Of a DNA stretch of 64,000 bases, positions 20,075 through 28,266 are shown in pieces. Source of the DNA: Desulfomonilia bacterium (lineage in GTDB: Bacteria; Desulfobacterota; Desulfomonilia; UBA1062); contig CAXXDQ010000003.1 in the NCBI GenBank assembly GCA_963664325.2, positions 672,001 through 736,000 on the forward strand, read 5' to 3'. A program made the translations under genes and the position numbers. Numbering within the stretch: position 1 is the first letter of the stretch; every line of letters starts with the position of its first letter. The notes beneath the pieces were generated by a model that was not told the DNA's origin, did no database searches, and was given only the letters and a program-made list of their open reading frames with translations.

Positions 20075-22327
20075 TCAAACCCAGAAAGGCTCATCGGGAG
20101 TACCTTTTGTTGCCCACTCTTCAGCTAGGCGATAAGAAGAAAACTTCCTAAAAACCTCGAACAAGGCGTTCATATACAGATTCTGATGAAAATGCCTAGT
20201 GCAGTAACCACAAGCTTCTCTATCCACTGGCAATGGCCGCCTTTGAAATGCCTTATGATCCTCGCCAAACCAGATATTCTCCAACTCATTACCAGCTTTT
20301 GGGTCAACAGCAGTTCCGGCTGAATGTCGAAGGGATCCCATTTTGTATCTCTCCCTCAACTTCGATTCGCAGAAATTGTCGTCGAATAAAAAGCAGCATG
20401 GATAAACATCTCCATTGGCAGTGATTTTACACGTTAACCTGAGAGCCATACACGTGTAATCAGCCCGCCTGAGATCATGTAGCCGTTTGTTTACGGGTTC
20501 GCCTTTAGCCAAGCCTGAATAGTCGAAAATATTGTTATTTATCATCGTCTCCAAATATTTGAAATCAAAGCGGCTATTCAGACCTTGCAACGATACTCCT
20601 TCTCTTATCACTTTTCTCAACTCCATCTCGTTACACAGAAAACTTCGCCCCTGTTGATCAGGGCCATGTGCTATTTTGAATCTGACACTGTATTCTTTGG
20701 CGGTGAGCCATTCTGCTATGGCGAGAAAGTTCTCCTTGCCATTCAACAATTCTTTCACATTGTCTTTTTGAATTGTGTAGCACACTTCAACATTCTTAAA
20801 CTTGGCTTTTTCAAAAGACATGATCGTTGCTTTCACATAGTCTAACGAACCATTTTTCCTTATATCCCTGTAGATATCATCCGTGAAGGCATCAAGTGAT
20901 AATTGGACCCAGCTGCACGAGTTGGCAATTCCTTCTGCTTCCGCGATATTGATGCCACGGACTTCGCCATTTTTTTCCGGGTCCTGACGTATGCCATTAG
21001 TCAGCAGACCTATTTTTAAATCACATTGTTTTTTAGCGTAACGAAGAATATGCAAGATATCTGGCCTGGCAAGCGGCTCACCTCCGGATATTATCAATGC
21101 TCTTGTTTGCAGTTTCTTAATGCTATCCAGAATCCTTTCTATTTCCACCGTCTCTAACTCTTCGTCTGGATTATAGAGTGCATGGTGATTGCACATCTTA
21201 CAAGTGGTTGTACATCTATTGGTGACCAAGAATTGAATACAAGCGGGTCTGACTTTTGTTGATTTCCATGGTGGTAAGCCAAATTCAGATACGAATATGT
21301 TGGCCGCATAGGCATTTAGCGCTTCTGCTGTGTTGTTTCTCGTTATTGAGTGGAGGGGATAGTTCTCCAATTTGATTGTAGCGATATCATTCTCTGCCTC
21401 CTGCTTTTTCTTGTCATATTCCTTTATCGGATCGGCCATAAATTTGATCCTTGTGATATCGTCTCGAAATGGTTTAAAGTGATGGTCAAAACTCCTAGGA
21501 GCCAAGCGGCGTCTCTGAAAAACCAACATGGGTTTTGATAGGCCGCTCTTCGGATCTTCAAAAACGGTTCGAAGGTCCAAATGGAATCTCTCATCACGAT
21601 GATCCAACTTAAGATGGAGCATTCCGTTTCTGATCTGTCCCGGATAAACACTTAATTCTAGTTTTTCCAGGTCATTTGGTTGGTGGCTTTTCTTTTTACC
21701 TTCTTGCAACATAGTATTCGATTGGTTAATCTCCTCCAAGAATGTACGACGTATCTCCTTAAAATTACCAATCGCTTCTTCAATCTGGATGCTGAGCTTC
21801 TTGACCGCCTTAATGGCTTCTTCGTTTTCACTCTCGCCACCTTTCAACGGATTCAGGTCCAATACCGGCTCATATGGGTTTTGAATTACAAAATGAAGGC
21901 AACTCCCATGACGCAGTGCCGCTAGGATTTTATTGGACAGATCTCGCCGGCCAATTTCATACGATTCCATGTCGTGGTTGAAATAGAATTCATTCCCACA
22001 GAGCCAAGAAAAACAAGAACGACCTACAATCGTCAATTCGCCTTTACGTGTGGTAATCTCATCCAGTGTTTGCATTGGCCCGTAGCGAATCGGTACGCTG
22101 CTACGGTTTGGGTAGTACTTGACGGTCGGAGTTATGAAGTCTTCAGCATTGGCAACCAATATAACAACCAGCGATACTATAACAGTTAGAATTAAACTTG
22201 TGCCAATTAGTAACCAACCTCTTAACGGTGTAGTTATGCCAATTATAGTTATGATAAGAGTAAATAAGGTTAAAACACTTGGTGGAATTAACCACATTGA
22301 CTTTATGTATTTCTTCATATTTTGCAT
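20075..22327 (-). CDS. membrane-anchored radical SAM/SPASM-like protein with N-terminal 2 TM helices and DUF5919/PLD-like domain
   Basis: CTTTCKMC (CxxxCxxC), ISGGEP, LLTNG, QLSLD; C-terminal C..GDVYPCC..CGYC; two N-terminal hydrophobic helices. Confidence 0.85.
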   Translation of the reverse strand: MQNMKKYIKSMWLIPPSVLTLFTLIITIIGITTPLRGWLLIGTSLILTVIVSLVVILVANAEDFITPTVKYYPNRSSVPIRYGPMQTLDEITTRKGELTIVGRSCFSWLCGNEFYFNHDMESYEIGRRDLSNKILAALRHGSCLHFVIQNPYEPVLDLNPLKGGESENEEAIKAVKKLSIQIEEAIGNFKEIRRTFLEEINQSNTMLQEGKKKSHQPNDLEKLELSVYPGQIRNGMLHLKLDHRDERFHLDLRTVFEDPKSGLSKPMLVFQRRRLAPRSFDHHFKPFRDDITRIKFMADPIKEYDKKKQEAENDIATIKLENYPLHSITRNNTAEALNAYAANIFVSEFGLPPWKSTKVRPACIQFLVTNRCTTTCKMCNHHALYNPDEELETVEIERILDSIKKLQTRALIISGGEPLARPDILHILRYAKKQCDLKIGLLTNGIRQDPEKNGEVRGINIAEAEGIANSCSWVQLSLDAFTDDIYRDIRKNGSLDYVKATIMSFEKAKFKNVEVCYTIQKDNVKELLNGKENFLAIAEWLTAKEYSVRFKIAHGPDQQGRSFLCNEMELRKVIREGVSLQGLNSRFDFKYLETMINNNIFDYSGLAKGEPVNKRLHDLRRADYTCMALRLTCKITANGDVYPCCFLFDDNFCESKLRERYKMGSLRHSAGTAVDPKAGNELENIWFGEDHKAFQRRPLPVDREACGYCTRHFHQNLYMNALFEVFRKFSSYRLAEEWATKGTPDEPFWV

Positions 22328-22371
22328 GTGATCTCTCCTTCACATGGGATAGCTCTCTTTTTGCACTTTCC

Positions 22372-22425
22372 GTCCATCAGGCATCACCGGCGGCTGAAAG
22401 CCTCCGGTGCATCCTTTTGTTATAC
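22372..22425 (-). other. integron attC site (54 bp; R' degenerate)
   Basis: GTATAAC-aaaaggatgcaccggaggctttcagccgccggtgatgcct-GATGGAC; R'' overlaps the stop codon; same family as the 18757 site. Confidence 0.75.
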
Positions 22426-23103
22426 ATCTTTTACTGGTGGTTTTCCAATTCTCGATAGCTTCAAGTTCAAAGATTTCTTACGTTCATCAAGCCTTTTAGG
22501 CTGGACAAAAACAAAATCAAACAAAGAATCTAAGACTTCAAGAAGCCACTCTGCTTCACCGTTTTCAACATCTACAATTTCACCAGTGGAGACATCTTTT
22601 TCCGGATGAGCTGCAAAATTACCGATGGTTCTAATTGCGTCAATCGCTTCAGCTAAGTAAGATGGAGTTGTTTTGTTTTTCAAGAAGTCATCAATTTCTT
22701 TAGCGAGACTTGATTTCTTTATTTTTATTTCCTCCCTCAAAATACATTGCAAGAGTCTCCGACTTATAGCAGCACTTGCTTTTGGGCTTAGATTTAGTAC
22801 AGCAACAGCCTCTAAAAAATCATTCTTATAAATTTCTGGTACTTCTGGTTGGACAGGACGAATAGCCATTTTGGGGTAAAGAATTTCCTCGGAAGACACT
22901 GATGTTAGACTTTCACCGTATTTATCTTTTTTATATTCTCCTTCTTCTAAGATTACAATAAGCTCCTCGCATAATGGACAAAAACCATGGGTTACAGCAA
23001 AGCCACTACCTTTCGGTTCTTCCTCTTTATTTAAAGAATGGTACACAGCGCTATCAGGACTTTCAAAATGGATCCCCTTACCACAATGCGGACAAATATT
23101 CAT
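22420..23103 (-). CDS. DUF4145 domain protein with N-terminal Zn ribbon (cassette)
   Basis: CPHC..CPLC; EA..VL..SPKASA...RR.LQ, IRTIGNFAAH. Confidence 0.85.
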   Translation of the reverse strand: MNICPHCGKGIHFESPDSAVYHSLNKEEEPKGSGFAVTHGFCPLCEELIVILEEGEYKKDKYGESLTSVSSEEILYPKMAIRPVQPEVPEIYKNDFLEAVAVLNLSPKASAAISRRLLQCILREEIKIKKSSLAKEIDDFLKNKTTPSYLAEAIDAIRTIGNFAAHPEKDVSTGEIVDVENGEAEWLLEVLDSLFDFVFVQPKRLDERKKSLNLKLSRIGKPPVKDV

Positions 23104-23115
23104 TATTCATCTCCT

Positions 23116-23179
23116 GCATAACGCTGCGGCTCTGCAGCCGCGGCGCGCTTTCGCGGTCTGCAGCAGCCGCTTGTTAGCT
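23116..23179 (-). other. integron attC site (64 bp)
   Basis: AGCTAAC-aagcggctgctgcagaccgcgaaagcgcgccgcggctgcagagccgcagc-GTTATGC. Confidence 0.9.
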
Positions 23180-23196
23180 GATACTCGATAAAAACC

Positions 23197-23796
23197 CTAT
23201 TTCCAGGGTTCCATGGCTCTTTCTTCAAAAGTTTTTAAAAGCCTCGGCCCGACATTAATGGCCCATTTGGCTGAACGTTTATCTACTTGTGCCCCATGAG
23301 CTGCTTGGTTCAATAGGCCAATCATATCTGTAAGAATTGAATATTCTTCTTTACTTATAAGCTGCTTATTCAATACCTCAAGCAAAATGCCTCCAATTCC
23401 TCTGGCTCGAATCTCATGACCGCGAGAAATTGCTAAGGTGTTAAGTTTCTTCTCAAGCTCTATTCTCAATCCAGCAAGTGCAAGATTAGGATCTTGATCT
23501 GCAACTAACATAAATGAATATTCAGGGTCTTTCCCTTCCTTTTCGTTTACTGGTGAGAGTAAGCCTATCGCATCGGCTTTATCAGAGGTTTTTTGAAGAT
23601 CTTGAAATTCAACCTTCCAACCACCTGGAAATTCTAAGGTTTTAAAGAGCGGCGCAAGCCAAGGGATTATTGCTGCTACAAGCAGTACAATTGTTACATA
23701 ATCGATCCCAAGCTTGGGCCAAACAAGATGGATAAGCGCAAGCAAGAGAGCTGAAATTGTTACAATCTGTTTGAGTTTCTTATTATTCATTCTCAT
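23197..23796 (-). CDS. membrane-anchored hypothetical protein (cassette)
   Basis: Two N-terminal TM helices, helical cytoplasmic domain with NQAAH (HEPN-like); bounded by attC sites. Confidence 0.75.
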   Translation of the reverse strand: MRMNNKKLKQIVTISALLLALIHLVWPKLGIDYVTIVLLVAAIIPWLAPLFKTLEFPGGWKVEFQDLQKTSDKADAIGLLSPVNEKEGKDPEYSFMLVADQDPNLALAGLRIELEKKLNTLAISRGHEIRARGIGGILLEVLNKQLISKEEYSILTDMIGLLNQAAHGAQVDKRSAKWAINVGPRLLKTFEERAMEPWK

Positions 23797-23806
23797 TTAC
23801 CTGGAC

Positions 23807-23930
23807 AGCTAACGCTTGGCATCAGCGGCGGTTTACGTTTGCTACGTAGTAGCAACGTGGCATTTTGTTTGCTCTTTTTCTGCAAACAAAATGCCACGAG
23901 TAAGCCGTCCGTTGCATGCCGTTGTTAGCC
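23807..23930 (-). other. integron attC site (124 bp, long type)
   Basis: GGCTAAC...cgtggcattttgtttgc-loop-gcaaacaaaatgccacg...GTTAGCT. Confidence 0.9.
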
Positions 23931-23933
23931 TCT

Positions 23934-25843
23934 CTAGTATTTGCGGAGATATTTCATATCACGTATAGCATCTTTTAAGAACTCTGCGAAATCATCTCTC
24001 TGAATCAGAGCGCGTCGCACCTTCGAGCCGGTTATAGGCACAATTAAAGGGCTCGACGCATTTCCTGCTTGATTGCGGAGTGTGCGTATTGCATCTTCCG
24101 TGAAACCGCTTCCAGACACGAAGAACGCCAATTGAATGCCGCGGACTTGTGCAACCTTGTGGGCAAAGCTCCCAACTTCCTCCAGCGGAACGTCGGTGTT
24201 CCAGTTCTTACATTCCACCAATACTTCACCTCCGTAATCAGCCCAAAACGGTTCACTTTTCTTCATCTCTAGTACAAGGTCTATTTCGCCGTTTTCCGTA
24301 TTGTAATCACGCCTGACAATTGAGAAACACTGACCGAAGAACCTAGAAGAAAACTCCTCAAACAGCCTGCCTTTGTCATGTGATGCCAGCCCCGCATCGC
24401 CAGTGCGTTCAAGGAGGGCGAGAAGGTCGTCGTAGACGTCGACGGGCTCACGATCACTTAGGCTTCTATTCGCGGAGTCGATCAGTTGTGAGACGAAACC
24501 TTCGCCAACTTCGTGGATGAAGCTAGAGATCACATATTGAGTAAGGCGCCTATTTCGTGTTCTTCCGTGCGAGGACACATTTTGCCGCTAGCAGTATTTG
24601 GCGCTTCTCCACAGCAGCCTCAATGATAGGCCCGACGTCTGGAAGGAGACCGCATGCCATGACTACGAACATTATGGAGATCGAAGCGATCGACCATGCC
24701 GACGACTCTAGCCGGTTCGCTGCTGACAGCACGGGCGGAGTAGTACTCAAGGAACGTAAGGTGTATGAAGCAAACCTGGTTTGGGGAAATCTCAAGGAGA
24801 ATCCCTGTGGTAAGCAACTCGTCAAGGAATTGCTCGTCAGCATCTCTACGTTCCCCGTGAGCCTCAAGGAAATCGCCGAGCATGCCTCTAATTTCCGCCC
24901 GCGAGGCAGAGTTCTGAGCCCGCACAATCAGAAGTTCATAGCCTATCTGTTCCAGTGCGCTTTGCTTCGCGCGTAAGGAAATGCTTACTCTGGATACGCC
25001 CTTTGCTCGTTCCCATGTGGAGAGGAGAAAGTCTGTACAATCGGCATAAAGGGAGGTCAGATTATCCGGCAACATCCCTCTTGATCGAAACACCTGCCAT
25101 AGGAGGTGTAAGAGCAGCGGGTTAGAGGCGAGGGCATATAGGGTAAGGTGAGATTGGATTGCCTGGAGAAACCTATCGGCATATTCCGGCTGTTCCGCGG
25201 ACAGTCTACGTGACAACGCTCGGATGGATCCGATATCAAAGGGTTCAAGGTGGAAATAGACGAAGCCACGAATTGGCGAGGAAAGCCCGGAAGGACGCGA
25301 GGAAGCAAGCACTTTCAAGTCTGGATGGGCATGTCCAAGAGAACCCAACTCATTCACGAAGTGGTAGCGACGGGCTGAGTCAACTTCGTCGATCCCATCA
25401 ATAACTATGACAAAGCGATTGTCGCGGAGAAGAGAGCGCACCTGATCTGCTTGGTCGTCCTTTCCGATGCGCTGACAGACAATCTGGCCAAGCCGGTCCA
25501 CTAAAGTGTCCCCGCTCGCAAGTGAAGCAACATCAGGGGCACGAAAGAAGAGAGGACACGGTGCGAACTTCGTATCTTTCAAAAAGGCTTGTGCGAGAGT
25601 CACCGCGTAGAATTTTAGGAGGGTGGTCTTCCCAGCTCCCGGAGGACCCAGGATTGTCAGTCTCATGTGTTTGTCAATCGTCTGCCGTGAACCAAATAGC
25701 TCGCCGGTGGCATCTGCAACCTGTGGCTCGACAAAGAGCTTGTCGATATCTTGGCGAGTCGGACCTGCAACCGGCACTAGGTAGTCCAGGTACCCCAAGT
25801 CATGCAAAGCGAATTCGGCGATTCTTTTGAGTAATGACTTCAT
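23934..25843 (-). pseudogene. NACHT NTPase fused to a C-terminal Mrr-like PD-(D/E)xK restriction endonuclease, interrupted by two +1 frameshifts
   Basis: GPPGAGKTT, IVIDGIDEV, SSRP, NPLLL, FIHLTFLEYYSA; KGRLFE..GEIDLV..VECKNW. Removing one base near 24667 and one near 24573 joins three ORFs into 635 aa. Confidence 0.75.
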
Positions 25844-25856
25844 GTAATTCCCGAAA

Positions 25857-25890
25857 GGCTAACAATTAATATACGTAATATATGTTTATG
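25857..25890 (-). other. attI-like site / first cassette boundary
   Basis: GTTAGCC core exactly complements R'' (GGCTAAC) of this cassette's attC; upstream DNA is AT-rich and is not an attC hairpin. Confidence 0.55.
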
Positions 25891-26198
25891 CTGTTTTCAA
25901 ACAGCCCCCTTGGGTTAATGGTTAAATATTTACAATAACGTTCTAATTAAATCAAATATTTATAATTTAATGATTATGTATTTAGTACGTATTACCATTA
26001 AAAGCGTAATACGTATTATCAGTGGTATTTGGTTTATTCTTAGATTGGGCCTGCATAGTAAGCCCAACAAATCAATGTTGGATTTCACGTCTAATAACAT
26101 TCAACTCAAACTGCATATATGCCCGCAAGACCATTACTGTCCAGCGATTATGCAAAAATATACAGTGCTACAATACATCAATGCTCCTGCCAGACTAT

Positions 26199-26303
26199 AG
26201 ATATCTGCGATAAATGAGTGCTCTTCTGAACTCGAAAAAGTTATAATATCCAAATGATATAGAATGAATCTCCCGCACTCTTCTTGGGATGAAGATCCTC
26301 AAG
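26199..26303. repeat. dispersed degenerate repeat, copy 2
   Basis: Matches 18410-18514; a shorter third copy starts at 31857. Confidence 0.7.
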
Positions 26304-26494
26304 AGATCTATCATTTTTGAGATAGGAAAAACTATAATTTGCATGCCAGGATCGCAACTTTAATATCTGCATTTGATAGTATAGGTTTCTTCAGAAGATT
26401 AAAACAACAGCCATCAGGGGCATAGGTGGCAGCCCTCGTCAGTCTGCGTGCTATTGCTTGGTACCATTGTTCCCAATAATCATAACCCTCTTTA

Positions 26495-27724
26495 TTAGAA
26501 ACGAAGGGGAACAGATGAATCTTCTACTTCCACGAAGTCGTATGCATATTTCAAAAGCAACGAAACAACGGCAATTCTACCAAAATCTTTATTTGCAGTA
26601 GGTCCTTGGACAATCTTTTTTATTGGTAGAAGAGTACATTTGTTAACTACAGGAAATCTGAGTTCAGTATATGGGACAATTGAAGCATCCGAAGTACGAA
26701 ATTTCAATGCTTCTAAGTCATTACTTAAACCACTTGTTAACACACATCTCCATTCTTTCTCTTCATAAAAGCTTGGATGTTTGAAAGTGTATAGAAACTC
26801 TTCGATAATTATACCTGCAACATGACCAATGTATGCAATAATATTATTCTCCTCTTCTGCTGGACGGCCTATTGCATTCTTCTCAATACATTCATTTATC
26901 TGAGAGATAATATCATCGATAATTTTAAGTTGTATTTCAGGGTCATATATCACTCTCCTCAGGAAGAACCCAGGGTCCGTTATGGAAAGTTCATTTATTA
27001 TAGTTGAATCAAACCCTATGCAAAAACCAACCGAGCCTCCTGTATAGCCACGCCATTGGCTTAGTAAATCACCATTTTCACAAAAGCATAATAAAAATCT
27101 ATAATTACTTGGCCGGGTCTTGAAGACTTCTTTGCATCGTTCCCAAAACACTCTATGTTTAGCAGATTTTTCCCTACTCGAAATTTCTTTCTCTATTCGA
27201 TTAAAGATCAGTTCACGTGCATACTCAAGTTCTGAAGAATCATTTAAAAAGCGGAAGTCAGTTGCCCAAAGGTTCCCCTCTTTAAGAATCCCGATTAGAC
27301 CAGGAATTTTCGTATAGTGAAATAACAATGGCGGTCGCTGTCGCTGGTATTGTGACCAGTACTTATACAAGTTCGTGTTAAGCTCGGTTAAAAAAGATGT
27401 ATATGGTCCAATATCAACAAAGGAATGCTTACGACCGAAAAATACATCCGGATTTGCTGGTGATTTTAGTAAACGAGTATACAACTCAGGATACTTTGCT
27501 GGCTTAGTAAGATTATTCAACCAACCACAATTATTACAAATTCCGGCAGCGTTCGATAAATTAGGAAGATATTGCCCTTCAATAAGACTACTGTGACAAT
27601 ATCCACAAACGAAGCTGCCTGTCCCTTCTGTTTTTATCAAAACAGTCTTGTCAGAATTTAACTTTAATTTACCCATGTACTCACCACAACTGTCCGACAC
27701 TAGTGTTAACGGAATATTTTTCAT
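26495..27724 (-). CDS. DUF2971 domain protein with N-terminal Zn-finger-like extension
   Basis: LFHYT..G..GIL....LWAT....LNDSSE, CFCENGDLLSQWRGY, KHPSFYEEKEWR; CGYC..CNNC. Confidence 0.85.
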   Translation of the reverse strand: MKNIPLTLVSDSCGEYMGKLKLNSDKTVLIKTEGTGSFVCGYCHSSLIEGQYLPNLSNAAGICNNCGWLNNLTKPAKYPELYTRLLKSPANPDVFFGRKHSFVDIGPYTSFLTELNTNLYKYWSQYQRQRPPLLFHYTKIPGLIGILKEGNLWATDFRFLNDSSELEYARELIFNRIEKEISSREKSAKHRVFWERCKEVFKTRPSNYRFLLCFCENGDLLSQWRGYTGGSVGFCIGFDSTIINELSITDPGFFLRRVIYDPEIQLKIIDDIISQINECIEKNAIGRPAEEENNIIAYIGHVAGIIIEEFLYTFKHPSFYEEKEWRCVLTSGLSNDLEALKFRTSDASIVPYTELRFPVVNKCTLLPIKKIVQGPTANKDFGRIAVVSLLLKYAYDFVEVEDSSVPLRF

Positions 27725-28266
27725 TTGTACTCCCTTATACTTAACTAATAATTATATTACATATAATGCCTTATAGATTACCTTCCGGGGGAAAGGTCAC
27801 ATTCAAGAAACTTATTACTCCGACGATTATCTTATATCGCAGATTGTTAATTCTATTTCATTGTCTAATTTGTAATCCAAACAACTTGACTTTCAGTATG
27901 GTGAAATTATTATATCTATGTATAATTATTCAGCACACATTTTCACAGTGCTATTTGAAATGCCGAAGTAGTATCTATTGATTGATTTTCATGTAGTTCT
28001 CCATACACCAAAACACATCTTGAGTCAGAGAATTAAGACCAAAATTAAGGAATAGAAATCAGCATTCGAGTAGTTCTCCGTACCGTTGAGGAAGACTACT
28101 AAGAATCAACAAAAGAGGAAACAATTATGGCCAGAATTCATAAAAACATAGATAATAAGGCCTTTTTCAATAAGGTTTATGATTATCTAAAAAATATTTG
28201 CTCAAGTAATTTAACAGTCAAAGAACAAATCAATAAGTTCAAAGTAAGTTATTGATAGGAGGTTAT

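Noticed and set aside
20075-22327. Prokaryotic viperin
   Set aside because: Has a SPASM-like Cys extension and TM/sensor N-terminus and lacks the viperin-type sequence around CxxxCxxC; only a functional analogy is proposed
24550-24927. Independent 125-aa gene
   Set aside because: Only its last ~35 codons look coding, as the middle frame of the frameshifted NACHT fusion
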